From Propionibacterium freudenreichii subsp. freudenreichii (GTDB lineage Bacteria > Actinomycetota > Actinomycetes > Propionibacteriales > Propionibacteriaceae): 32,000 nucleotides of DNA. The notes under the pieces were generated by a model. The model ran no database searches and was not told where the DNA came from. It saw nothing but the letters and a program-made list of their open reading frames with translations. The DNA lies in the NCBI RefSeq assembly GCF_000940845.1, contig NZ_CP010341.1, positions 1,230,001-1,262,000 on the forward strand. Reading direction: 5' to 3'. The translations under genes and the position numbers were made by a program. Of this stretch, positions 1-9,134 are shown in pieces. The first letter of the stretch is position 1; each line of letters opens with the position of its first letter.

Positions 1-416
1 CCCAGCTGCTGGGGACCGCCTTCAGCGCCGGTGCGGAGAAGCCCTATGAGGTCGAACTTGTCGTGGCCGAGGTGGGCGATGCCGATCCCGACACCGCCGT
101 GGCACAGGGCGGCGACCACGCCGACCGGCTGTATCGCATCAACTTCGACGGCTCGGTCTCCGACGAGGGCCCCTTCGCCGTGATCGGCGGCCACCCGGGT
201 GCCGTGCAGGATGTCCTGCGCACCCGGCTGGATCCCACCGCGCCGCTCGCGATGGTGGTCAGCACCGCCATGGATGCCCTGCGTCGGGGTGGGTCACCTG
301 AACTCGGTCCCGCCGATGTCGAAGTCGCAGTGCTCGACCGCACGCGCATCCCCTCACGCAAGTTTGTCCGCCTTGATGTTGCCCAGGTTGCCGGGCTGCT
401 CGGAAAGGAATCCTGA
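1..416 (+). CDS. prcA: 20S proteasome alpha subunit, C-terminal part (5' end lies outside the window)
   Basis: The frame is open from the window edge. The translation ..AEKPYEVELVVAEVG..LYRINFDGSVSDEGPFAVIGG..VEVAVLDRTRIPSRKFVRL resembles the C-terminus of mycobacterial PrcA as I remember it (PYEVELCVAEV..LYRITYDGSI..LEVAVLD..RAFRRI). Stop TGA at 414-416. Confidence 0.8.
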   Translation, partial: QLLGTAFSAGAEKPYEVELVVAEVGDADPDTAVAQGGDHADRLYRINFDGSVSDEGPFAVIGGHPGAVQDVLRTRLDPTAPLAMVVSTAMDALRRGGSPELGPADVEVAVLDRTRIPSRKFVRLDVAQVAGLLGKES

Positions 417-417
417 C

Positions 418-1512
418 GTGGCCCGCTCCACCTCCACGGCCGACGACGAAGAATCGCAACCCCTCAGCCCGGTGGTCATCATGGGCACCGGGCTGGTCGG
501 CGCATCGATCGGATGTGCCCTCACCGCAGTCGGCGAGGACGTCCGGCTGCGTGACCGCTATCGCTCACATGCCGTCGTGGCCGCAGGCCTGGGCGCCGGC
601 TCGGTCGAACATCCCATCCCCACCTCCGTGCACCTGGTGGTCGTCGCCGTGCCCCCGCAGGCCGTGCCCGAGGTCGTGGACTGGGCCCTGTCGCACTACC
701 GCAATGCGGTGGTCACCGACGTCGCCAGCGTCAAGGCGCCCGTCCTGGCGGACCTGAGGGCCCGGGGACGCGATCTGTCGCGCTATGTCGGCTCGCACCC
801 GATGGCCGGCTCGCAGTACAGCGGGCCCCTGACCGCCACCGCCACCTTGTTCGTGGATCGCACCTGGGTGGTGGCGCGAGGCACCGGGAACGAGGCTTCC
901 CAACGCATGGTCGAACGGCTCGCGGTGATGTGCGGTGCCCATGTGGTGCACCTGGATGCCGACGAGCACGACCGCGCCGTGGCCGAGATCAGCCACATGC
1001 CACAACTGATGAGCAGCCTGACCGCCGCACGACTGCGTGACGTCCCCGCCTCCGACCTGCTGTTGGCCGGGCAGGGCGTGCGCGATGTCACGCGCATCGC
1101 CGGGTCCGATCCGGCCCTGTGGCGCCAGATCATCACCGCCAACAGCACCGAGATCGGCACCCAGCTGAGGGCGATCCGCGGCGACCTCGACAGGCTCATT
1201 GACCAGCTCGACGACCCCGACGCGATTGCCGACCTCGTCGAGCGCGGTCGCGAGGGCGTCGCGGCGCTACCCGGAAAGCACGGCCGCAAGATCGGGGACA
1301 TGTCCGCGGTGGTCGTGGAGATCCCGGATACACCCGGTGCGCTGGCACGGCTGTTCACCGACATCCAGGCGCAGGGAATCAACATTGAGGATCTGTCCAT
1401 CGAGCACGGATTGTCCCGGGAAGTCGGCTACCTGTCGGTGGCCGTCGACGCCGAGCGGGCTCCCGACCTGAGGGCCGCCATGGTGCGGGCCGGATGGGAC
1501 CTGCGCTCGTGA
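418..1512 (+). CDS. tyrA: prephenate dehydrogenase with C-terminal ACT domain
   Basis: GTG at 418 lies one nt after the prcA stop. It has an N-terminal Rossmann motif VVIMGTGLVGASIG, the GSHPMAG motif, and an ACT-like C-terminus VVVEIPDTPGALARLFTDIQAQGINIEDLSIEH. The part of the 199..1512 track ORF upstream of 418 overlaps prcA and was rejected. Confidence 0.85.
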   Translation: MARSTSTADDEESQPLSPVVIMGTGLVGASIGCALTAVGEDVRLRDRYRSHAVVAAGLGAGSVEHPIPTSVHLVVVAVPPQAVPEVVDWALSHYRNAVVTDVASVKAPVLADLRARGRDLSRYVGSHPMAGSQYSGPLTATATLFVDRTWVVARGTGNEASQRMVERLAVMCGAHVVHLDADEHDRAVAEISHMPQLMSSLTAARLRDVPASDLLLAGQGVRDVTRIAGSDPALWRQIITANSTEIGTQLRAIRGDLDRLIDQLDDPDAIADLVERGREGVAALPGKHGRKIGDMSAVVVEIPDTPGALARLFTDIQAQGINIEDLSIEHGLSREVGYLSVAVDAERAPDLRAAMVRAGWDLRS

Positions 1513-1551
1513 GTGCAATGAGCAACGTCAACAACGATCGAGGAGAGGGCC

Positions 1552-2223
1552 ATGGCTGACAAGCCGGCATTGGTGATTGCGATTGATGGTCCCAGCGGGG
1601 CCGGTAAGTCGAGTACGGCGCGCGGGGTCGCCTGCCGCCTGTCCATGGCCTATCTGGATACCGGGGCCATGTACCGGGCCATCAGCTGGGCCTGCCTCAC
1701 TGATGGGGTCGACCCGACGAGCCATTCGGCCCTGTTCGCCCGGGCCGAAACCGCCGACCTGCAGATGGGACTCGATCCCCGCCACCCGACGATCATCGTG
1801 GACGGTCACGACGTGACCCGCGAGATCCGCGACCCGCGCATCTCGGACGCCGTCAGTGCCGTGGCCACCACGCCGGAGATCCGCACGCTGCTGACCTCGC
1901 ACATGCGCCAGATCATCAACCGCAATCCCCGCATCGTGGCCGAGGGACGCGATGTCACCACCCAGGTGTGGCCGCAGGCCCGGGTGCGCGTGCTCCTGGT
2001 CGCCGACGCCGAGACCCGCATCGCGCGACGCGAAGCACAACTGCTCGGCAAGGTCGATCGCCATCGGGTGTCCTCGTCGATCGTCGACCGGGACCGCAAG
2101 GATTCCACGATGAGCGAGTTCGACAAGCCGGCACCGGGCGTGACGCTCATTGACTCGACCTACCTTGACCTCGGCCAGGTGATCGATCAGGTGGTTGGCC
2201 TGGTGCCCACCGAACTGCGTTGA
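1552..2223 (+). CDS. cmk: cytidylate kinase
   Basis: P-loop IAIDGPSGAGKSSTARGVA followed by YLDTGAMYRA. The tyrA-cmk-der order is the conserved actinobacterial one. Confidence 0.95.
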   Translation: MADKPALVIAIDGPSGAGKSSTARGVACRLSMAYLDTGAMYRAISWACLTDGVDPTSHSALFARAETADLQMGLDPRHPTIIVDGHDVTREIRDPRISDAVSAVATTPEIRTLLTSHMRQIINRNPRIVAEGRDVTTQVWPQARVRVLLVADAETRIARREAQLLGKVDRHRVSSSIVDRDRKDSTMSEFDKPAPGVTLIDSTYLDLGQVIDQVVGLVPTELR

Positions 2224-2337
2224 GGCAGGTGCGAGGGGACCGGCGGGAGGCGCGCGGCGTCCCGGGGGCCTGAGTACGTCGTGGTCCGTGGGGCTTGGTG
2301 GTCCGGGGGCTTCGCGCGATCGACTAGCGTTGGGTCC

Positions 2338-3687
2338 ATGACTATCGCCGAGACTGCGCAAGCCCAGTCCACCCGTCCGGTGGTTGCCGTGGTCGGGCGT
2401 CCCAATGTGGGCAAGTCCACCCTGGTCAACCGGATCCTCGGGCGCCGCGAGGCCGTCGTCCAGGACACGCCGGGGGTGACCCGTGACCGGGTGAGCTACG
2501 ACGCCAACTGGGCCGGCCGCGAATTCGTCCTCGTCGATACCGGCGGCTGGATCGCCAAGGCCGAGGGCATGTCCGCGCACATCGCCGAGCAGGCCGAAAT
2601 GGCGATCCAACTCGCCGACGCCGTGCTGTTCGTGGTGGACGCCAAGGTGGGCCTGACCGACGAGGACGAGGCCGTGGTGAAGGTGCTGCGACGCTCGGGC
2701 AAGCCAGTGGTCCTCGCGGCGAACAAGGTGGACGACGAACGCGTGGAGGCCGAGGCGTCGTCGCTGTGGCAACTGGGACTTGGGGAGCCCTATCCGGTCT
2801 CCGCCCTGCACGGACGCGGTTCGGGAGACCTGCTGGATGCCCTGGTGAAGGTGCTGCCGAAGACCTCCGCCGTCGAACCCGACGAGGTCGGCGGCCCACA
2901 TCGCGTGGCGATCGTCGGCAAGCCGAATGTGGGCAAGAGTTCGCTGCTGAACCGGTTGGCGCGCGCCCAGCGTTCGGTGGTCAGCGATGTCTCCGGCACC
3001 ACCGTGGATCCCGTGGACGAACTCGTGACGATCGCGGGGGAGCCGTTCCGGCTGATCGACACCGCCGGCATCCGCAAGCGCGTCAAGGAGGCCAGCGGCT
3101 CGGAGTACTACGCGTGGCTGCGCACCCAGGCCGCCATTGAGCGCTCCGAGGTGTGCGTGGTCGTCATCGACGCCTCTGAGCCGATCAGCGACCAGGACCT
3201 GAAGATCCTGTCCAGCGTCGAGGAAGCCGGACGTGCCATGGTCGTCGCCTTCAACAAGTGGGACCTCACCGACGAGGAACGCCATCGCTACCTCGGCCGC
3301 GAGATCGAGCAGGACCTGCAGACCTGGAAGTGGGCCCCGACGGTCAACATCTCGGCGCTGACCGGCCGTAACGTCGACAAGATCGCCAAGGCGGTCAACA
3401 AGAGCCTGGCCGGCTGGGAGACGCGTGTCTCGACGGGCAAGCTCAATGCCTTCCTCGGCGGCATCGTCGCCGCGAACCCCCATCCGGTGCGGGGCGGCAA
3501 GCAGCCGCGCATCCTGTTCGGCACGCAGGCCCAGAATCGTCCCCCGACGTTCATCCTGTTCACCAGCGGCCTGATGGACGCCGGCTATGTGCGTTTCGTG
3601 GAACGCAAGTTGCGTGAGGAATTCGGTTTCGAGGGGTCACCGGTGCACATCCAGGTGCGGGCCCGCGCGAAGCGCAAGGACCGCTGA
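2338..3687 (+). CDS. der: ribosome-associated GTPase Der/EngA (tandem GTPase domains)
   Basis: Two G-domains, each with a P-loop ([10 protein letters not shown] and [10 protein letters not shown]), DTGG/DTAG and NKVD/NKWD motifs, plus a KH-like C-terminus. ATG at 2338 is preferred over the upstream GTG at 2281. Confidence 0.95.
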   Translation: MTIAETAQAQSTRPVVAVVGRPNVGKSTLVNRILGRREAVVQDTPGVTRDRVSYDANWAGREFVLVDTGGWIAKAEGMSAHIAEQAEMAIQLADAVLFVVDAKVGLTDEDEAVVKVLRRSGKPVVLAANKVDDERVEAEASSLWQLGLGEPYPVSALHGRGSGDLLDALVKVLPKTSAVEPDEVGGPHRVAIVGKPNVGKSSLLNRLARAQRSVVSDVSGTTVDPVDELVTIAGEPFRLIDTAGIRKRVKEASGSEYYAWLRTQAAIERSEVCVVVIDASEPISDQDLKILSSVEEAGRAMVVAFNKWDLTDEERHRYLGREIEQDLQTWKWAPTVNISALTGRNVDKIAKAVNKSLAGWETRVSTGKLNAFLGGIVAANPHPVRGGKQPRILFGTQAQNRPPTFILFTSGLMDAGYVRFVERKLREEFGFEGSPVHIQVRARAKRKDR

Positions 3688-3721
3688 ACCGGGTCGCACC
3701 CCCGGGCGTCCCGGCCGCCGG

Positions 3722-4231
3722 TCAGAGTCCCTGGTCGCGCAGCCACGCCCTGATTCGTCGCCGTGCATTCGCATACGGCGATGAGCTGTTGAACTGGATC
3801 ATCCGCCCGGCGGTGTGGGTGCGATACCAGGGCCGCCCATAGAGTTCGGTGTCGTCGTGGGCACTGACCAGCTCGATGAGCCCCTGTTCGGCCCGTGCAA
3901 GCCGATCCAGCAGCTGTGGCCAGGTGAGCTCCCCATGGTCGGCGTAGAAGCGCTGGGCAAGCTCGCCCAGCTGGTTCCAGCCCAGCCCCCTGGCCGGGAA
4001 ATCCGGCTCGACGCCGCGTTGGCGCTCGGTGAACCATTCCAGCACCTGCTCATTCCAGTCCACCAGGTACGACACCAGGTCGGCCGGGCTCATCACCGTT
4101 CCGGCGACATGGCCCGGCATCGACGCCTCGCGGGCCCGCGACGCCGGCACGCGCCCCAGGTCGATCGACAACTTCGCATAGTTGTCGGCGATCGCCACCA
4201 GCAGCTCGTCCTTGGTCCGGGGGACGGCCAT
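3722..4231 (-). CDS. ClbS/DfsB-family (DUF1706) four-helix-bundle protein
   Basis: Matches E. coli ClbS as I recall it along the whole length: MAVPxxKxELxxAI, GTxxSxAxLVSYLxxWxExVLxW, WNxLGxLAQxFY, ELYGxPWY, GRMIQFNxxSPYxNA. SD AAAGGAG lies 5 nt upstream of the ATG at 4231. Confidence 0.85.
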   Translation of the reverse strand: MAVPRTKDELLVAIADNYAKLSIDLGRVPASRAREASMPGHVAGTVMSPADLVSYLVDWNEQVLEWFTERQRGVEPDFPARGLGWNQLGELAQRFYADHGELTWPQLLDRLARAEQGLIELVSAHDDTELYGRPWYRTHTAGRMIQFNSSSPYANARRRIRAWLRDQGL

Positions 4232-4354
4232 GGATACTCCTTTGTCGGGTGCGGATCAATCGTCCCATGCCCCGTCGGGAGGACGTCTGCCGACTCGTGG
4301 GATAACCATACGGTTGGTAGGGTTACGCGGGTCGAAATGGGAAGGTATCACCAC

Positions 4355-5858
4355 GTGTCATTGACGAAGCGACAGCGCTGGACGCTGCTGGCGACGGTCT
4401 CCATCGGCCTGTTGCTCATCACCCTGGACAACTCGATCCTCTACACCGCCCTACCGCTCCTGACCGAGGAGCTGGGGGGCCAATGGGTCGCAGACACTGT
4501 GGATCATCAACGCATATCCCGTCGTGATCGTCGGGCTGCTGCTGGGCGCTGGCACGCTGGGGGACCGCGTGGGGCATCGCAGGATGTTCCTCATCGGCCT
4601 GGTGATCTTCGGCGTCGCCTCGGCCGCCGCGGCCTTCTCCCCGAGCCCCGCATGGCTCATCGCCTCGCGGGCGGTGATCGCGGTGGGCGCAGCCGCGATG
4701 ATGCCGGCGACCCTGGCCCTCATCCGGCTGAGCTTCGATGTCGAACGGGAACGAAACTTTGCAATTGCCGTGTGGGGCACGGTCTCGGTGGTCGGCTCGG
4801 CGATCGGGCCGATCGTCGGAGGCCTGCTGTTGGAGCACTTCTGGTGGGGTTCGGTCTTCCTCATCGGCATCCCGTTCGTGGTCATTGCCCTGATCGCCAC
4901 CGTGGTGGTCGCGCCGCCGAATGACCCCGATCCGAGCAAGCACTGGGATGCGATCTCCTCGCTCCAGGCCATGGTGGGACTGGTGGGTGCCGTGTTCCTG
5001 CTCAAGGAGCTGGCCAATGTGCCGCCCAACTGGACCGTGGTTGTCCTGGGCGCCGTGGCCGCAGGGCTCGGCCTGACCAGCTTCGTGCGACGACAACAGC
5101 GGTCGAACGATCCTCTCCTGGACTTCGCGATCTTCCGCAATCGTGCGTTCTCCGCCGGCGTGCTCGCCGCGGCCATCTCGATGTTCGCCGTGAGCGGCGC
5201 CCAGCTCATGACAACCCAACGCTTCCAGCTGGTCGAGGGCTTCACCCCACTGGAGGCGGGCCTGCTGGTCACCGTGGTGGCCATCGGATCGCTGCCCACC
5301 AGCCTGCTGGGGGGCCTGTACCTGGATCGGGTGGGACTGCTGCCGCTCATCGCCGGAGGGCTGGCGGTCAGTGCGATCGGCACTGCGGTGATGATCTTCG
5401 GCATCGAGGACCACTTGTTCTGGTTGATGGTGGCCGGACTCCTGATCTCCGGCATCGGCCTCGGCGCGGTGATGTCGGTGGCCTCCACCGCCATCGTCGG
5501 CAATGTCAGCGCCAGGCGCGCGGGCATGGCCTCCTCGGTGGAGGAGGTCTCCTACGAGTTCGGCTCCCTGATTGCGGTGGCCGTCCTGGGTAGCATGCTG
5601 AACTTCATCTACAGCGCGACCGTCCGGCTTCCCCCGGGCACCCCGGCCGTGGCACGCTCCAGTCTGACCGAGGCGATCGGCGTCGCGCAGGGTGATCAGG
5701 CGATCGTCGGTGCCGCCAATGCGGCGTTCGACAACGGATTCCTGGTGACGATGATCGTGCTCACCGTGGTGTTGGCACTGGGCGCGGCAGCAACCGCCCG
5801 GCTCCTGCGCCACTACGGCCCGGGCTCGCGCTCCCAGGAATTCTCCGACAACCACTGA
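4355..5858 (+). pseudogene. DHA2 (EmrB/QacA-type, 14-TMS) MFS efflux transporter, reading frame broken by one extra G in a G6 run (4474-4479)
   Basis: The N-terminal TM1 motif LLITLDNSILYTALPLLTEELG is in frame 2 (SD GGAAGG at 4341-4346, GTG at 4355; alternative ATG at 4337). The rest, (A)NGSQTLWIINAYPVVIVGLLLGAGTLGDRVGHRRMF.., is in frame 0. Removing one G from the run gives ELGANGSQTLWIINAY, collinear with the paralogue at 10485 (ELGATTDELQWTVDAY). Confidence 0.75.
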
Positions 5859-5883
5859 CCAGACGACCAGCGAGGGAGCGACG

Positions 5884-6462
5884 ATGCGTCCGAGTAAGCG
5901 CGATGCGATCCTTGGGGCCGCCCTGGGCGTGGTGGAGCGGGGAGGTGTCAGTGCCGTCACCTTCGAGTCCGTGGCCACCGCAGCCGGAGTGACCAAGGCC
6001 GGCGTCGTGTATCACTTCCCCACCAGGGAGGCCCTGTTGCTGGCGCTCCAGGAGTACCTGGCCCACCAGTGGCAGCTGGACCTCGAGGCACAGTTGGGCA
6101 CGCCCGTCGAATCTGCCTCGCAGGGTGACAAGCTTGCTGCCTATGCCCGCGACTCGAGCCACAGCTCCTCGCGCGCCGAATTGCTGCTCATGCTGGAGAC
6201 CGTCGACGACCCGCAGGCGTACGCCCCCTGGCACGCCGTGATGTCGCGGTGGACCCCCGCCCTGGACACGGATCAGCCGATGGGCGACGCCGAACTCGAC
6301 CATGCCGTGGCACGCCTGGCGGCTGACGGACTGTGGCTGTATGAGTCACTGTCGACCCACGCGTTGTCCCCGGGCGTGCGCCAGCAGATCGTCTCACGGC
6401 TCTCAGCACTGGCACATCGCCCGGACGGGCCCGCCGCACCGGGCGGTCCCGGCCGGCATTGA
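5884..6462 (+). CDS. TetR/AcrR-family transcriptional regulator
   Basis: N-terminal TetR HTH: RDAILGAALGVVERGGVSAVTFESVATAAGVTKAGVVYHFPTREALLLAL. SD GAGGGAG is upstream, and the gene sits 25 nt downstream of the MFS gene. Confidence 0.9.
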   Translation: MRPSKRDAILGAALGVVERGGVSAVTFESVATAAGVTKAGVVYHFPTREALLLALQEYLAHQWQLDLEAQLGTPVESASQGDKLAAYARDSSHSSSRAELLLMLETVDDPQAYAPWHAVMSRWTPALDTDQPMGDAELDHAVARLAADGLWLYESLSTHALSPGVRQQIVSRLSALAHRPDGPAAPGGPGRH

Positions 6463-6507
6463 TGCGCCGGGCACACCTGGACGCCCACACGTGCCGGGGC
6501 CTCGCGG

Positions 6508-7458
6508 TCAGGCCACGAGGACGACCCGTTGCGTCCCGTGGGTCCCGGTGAGCCATGCCTGCCCCACCTGCGACAGGGGCATGGTGAGGACGTCGCTGGT
6601 GAAGTGCCCGGCGGCGACCTCATCGAGCAGTTCGCCGAGCTCGGCAACGATGCGCGTTGCGGGAACCGAGCCCTGCCCACTGCCCGCAATGTCCAGGCGG
6701 GTCGCCCGCAGCGCGGCCGAGGGAATCGGGGACTCGGTTCCCGCGACGGAACCGATCTGCACCCAGGTGAGCTTCTGGTCGTCGTCATGGCGTGCCGGCA
6801 CGATCGCCCGTAGGGCGTCGGCGGTGGGCCGGCCCCACAAGTAGTCCAGCACCACGTCAACATCGCTGGCCGCCCGGCCGAGCTGTTCAGCCACCCGATC
6901 GGGCGCATCATCCAGCGCGACGATCGCATCGGGGTCCGCTGCGGCCATGCGCTGCGCGCCACGACCCACGGCGATCACCCGGCCCGCCCCCAGGCGCCGT
7001 GCCACGCGCACGGCCATCGCGCCGGCATTGCCGGTGGCCCCCAGGACCAGCACCGACTGGCCGGCTCGCAGGCCGACGCGCTGGCGCAGGGCGATCCATG
7101 ACGACATGGCCGGATTCATCACCGCCGCCACCTGGGCCGGGTCGGCACCGGGCGGAAGCAGGACGCTGTGGCGCACATCGATCACGGCCCGCTGCGCCAT
7201 GGAACCGTGCACGGTGTCACGCAGCACGAAGTAACGCAGACGGCCCTCGGCATCGCGTCCGACGCCGTCGATGCCCGGGATCAGGGGCAGCTCATCAGTG
7301 CTCGTGTAGTGCGATCCGGCCGCCTGCGAACGCACCCGGGGATGGAGCCCCACCGCCACGACGTCGACAACCGCCTCATGCCGACCGGTGGCAACCGGAT
7401 CGGGGACCTCGGTCCATCGGGGTGGTGACCCGAATTCCTCGACGACTGCAGCCCTCAT
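6508..7458 (-). CDS. MDR-superfamily NAD(P)H quinone oxidoreductase / zinc-type alcohol dehydrogenase-like protein
   Basis: MRAAVVEEFG..PxWTEVPDP N-terminus (GroES-like domain) and a nucleotide-binding stretch VLVLGATGNAGAMAVRVARRLGA. Confidence 0.8.
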   Translation of the reverse strand: MRAAVVEEFGSPPRWTEVPDPVATGRHEAVVDVVAVGLHPRVRSQAAGSHYTSTDELPLIPGIDGVGRDAEGRLRYFVLRDTVHGSMAQRAVIDVRHSVLLPPGADPAQVAAVMNPAMSSWIALRQRVGLRAGQSVLVLGATGNAGAMAVRVARRLGAGRVIAVGRGAQRMAAADPDAIVALDDAPDRVAEQLGRAASDVDVVLDYLWGRPTADALRAIVPARHDDDQKLTWVQIGSVAGTESPIPSAALRATRLDIAGSGQGSVPATRIVAELGELLDEVAAGHFTSDVLTMPLSQVGQAWLTGTHGTQRVVLVA

Positions 7459-7566
7459 GGCGCCTGCCTCTCACGTGCGATGGACCGGAACCGCACGTCG
7501 GGGGCGTCACGGTGAATTGACCGGGACGATCCTGACCGGGCGGTTGCGGAGTGCCGGGTGTCGTCG

Positions 7567-8442
7567 TCAGGCCTTCTGGCGACCTCCCGGCTTTCCCGGT
7601 GGTGTGCATACTGCGCCAATACTTGCGCAGATCACCGCCACGATGCCGAATACGTCGTGGATGGTCATGGTTTGTCCGAGGATGAAGAAGCCGGCTGCCG
7701 CGGCCACGGCCGGCGCCAGGGCCAACAGGATCGCGAACGTCGCCGCCGGGGTACGCCGCAGGGCGGTCATCTCCAGCGCATAGGGCGCAACCGATGACAG
7801 CAGCGCAATCCCCAGCCCCGCAATGAGCACATGGGGCCCGAACAGGCGACTACCGGTGGTTGCCAGCGCGATGGGCACCGTGACCACCGAACCCGCCACC
7901 ATCGCGACGGCCAGGCCCTGGATGCCCGCGAAGTGCCTGCCCGTGGCCTTCGACAGCAGGATGTACCCCGCCCAGAAGGCGGCGGCCACCAGGGTGAACG
8001 CCACGCCCAACGGATCAAGGTGGGTGGCCGAACCCCCGAGCAGCACCACCCCGACGAGTGCCAACCCGGCCCACACCAGGTTCATCCATCGACGTCCGGC
8101 CACCACCGACAGTGTCAGGGGGCCCAACAACTCGATGGTCACCGTCGTGCCCAGGGGGAGTCGGTCCAACGCAAGGTAGAAGAACAGGTTCATTCCGGTG
8201 AGCACCAGGCCGAAGGCGATGGCGGTGTACCAGGCGATGGGGCGACGTCCCCGCAGCGAGGGGCGCGCCACGGCGCAGAGGATGATGGCCGAGAAGACCA
8301 GGCGCAACGCGACGATCCCGGCAGGACCCACCGCGGGGAACAACATCACCGCGATCGACGCACCGGTCTCCTGGCAGAACAACCCGGTGACCACCAGCGA
8401 GGGTCCGAACAGCGTGGAACGTGCTGGCAATGCGGGGGACAT
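7567..8442 (-). CDS. EamA/DMT-family (RhtA-like) membrane exporter
   Basis: About 10 predicted TM helices and a duplicated EamA-like organisation. The N-terminal ..GASIAVMLFPAVGPAGIVALRLVFSAIIL resembles RhtA/EamA proteins. Confidence 0.8.
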   Translation of the reverse strand: MSPALPARSTLFGPSLVVTGLFCQETGASIAVMLFPAVGPAGIVALRLVFSAIILCAVARPSLRGRRPIAWYTAIAFGLVLTGMNLFFYLALDRLPLGTTVTIELLGPLTLSVVAGRRWMNLVWAGLALVGVVLLGGSATHLDPLGVAFTLVAAAFWAGYILLSKATGRHFAGIQGLAVAMVAGSVVTVPIALATTGSRLFGPHVLIAGLGIALLSSVAPYALEMTALRRTPAATFAILLALAPAVAAAAGFFILGQTMTIHDVFGIVAVICASIGAVCTPPGKPGGRQKA

Positions 8443-8575
8443 GTGCCCAGCCTTTCAGAGGTGGCCCTGCGCTCCTGGCCGTGATCACGGTGCGGTGGTA
8501 GCCGCGTGTTGTGCCCGGTAGCGCCCCTACCGGGCGTGGGGCGCCCTCCATGACGGAGCGCGTCGCCCGTTTGGG

Positions 8576-8605
8576 TTGCCGACCCGGAAACCCTTTTCGT
8601 AGACT
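8576..8605 (+). promoter_or_regulatory. candidate promoter giving a leaderless mRNA (-35 TTGCCG 8576-8581, 18-nt spacer, -10 TAGACT 8600-8605, 7 nt to ATG 8613)
   Basis: The TANNNT hexamer lies exactly 7 nt upstream of the ATG and there is no Shine-Dalgarno. This is the classical actinobacterial leaderless layout. Confidence 0.4.
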
Positions 8606-8620
8606 TTCCATCATGGAAAG
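8604..8620. promoter_or_regulatory. perfect 17-bp palindrome CTTTCCAT-C-ATGGAAAG overlapping the -10 element and the start codon (candidate operator)
   Basis: Read directly from the sequence. The arms are exact reverse complements, and the ATG at 8613-8615 lies inside the right arm. Confidence 0.45.
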
Positions 8621-9134
8621 CGAATCTGGCGGGGCCGGGAACTTCCACGGGGCCAAGGGTCCACACGCCGAGGGCAGCGCAGGCGACGGTCACCGTGACG
8701 AGGCCGCCGCGACACTGGACGCACTGTCCGCCGACCGCCATCGCCTTGCGGACCGGTTGGCGGTGCCGTGGGCATTGATGGCTGCCTTCGGCGCGTTGGC
8801 GGCCTGGTGGGTCGGCTCGGCGGTCACGACCACGCCGGGGTCGGGTTACGAGCCGCCGCTGGCGGGATGGATGACCCTGCCGGTGGCACTGGTCATCGCC
8901 CATCTGGTGCGACGTGGGACCGGAATCAGGTTCCGCGCCCTGGGGGCCCGGGCCAACGGAGCGATGCTCGCGGTGCTCGTGGCCTGCCTGCTCCTGTTCA
9001 GCGTGTCATTGGGAGCCGTCTCCCTGGGGATGGCCTGGCTGGTCGGGGTGATGAGCCTGGTCGCCTTCGGGGTCACCACGTGGCTGTCCGGCGTCGCCTA
9101 TCGAAGCGCCGTGGAACGCGTACGCCGTGGTTGA
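8613..9134 (+). CDS. small integral membrane protein of unknown function (about 4 TM helices)
   Basis: A hydrophilic N-terminus is followed by hydrophobic helices (WALMAAFGALAAWWVGSAV, WMTLPVALVIAHLV, AMLAVLVACLLLFSVSLGAV, AWLVGVMSLVAFGVTTWL). The stop overlaps the next gene's start (GTGGTTGA). In-frame alternative starts exist at 8550 and 8511. Confidence 0.6.
   Translation: MESESGGAGNFHGAKGPHAEGSAGDGHRDEAAATLDALSADRHRLADRLAVPWALMAAFGALAAWWVGSAVTTTPGSGYEPPLAGWMTLPVALVIAHLVRRGTGIRFRALGARANGAMLAVLVACLLLFSVSLGAVSLGMAWLVGVMSLVAFGVTTWLSGVAYRSAVERVRRG

Noticed and set aside
1528-3483. A 651-aa ORF on the minus strand, together with similar long ORFs at 4419-5996, 16853-18484, 23795-25330, 9073-10263 and 25688-26626.
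   Set aside because: All are antisense to genes with unmistakable family motifs (cmk/der, MFS, lnt, lpd, luxS/tRNA, livK). Their translations are Arg/Gly/His/Asp/Pro-rich with no recognisable motifs. These are typical stop-codon-poor artefacts of high-GC DNA.
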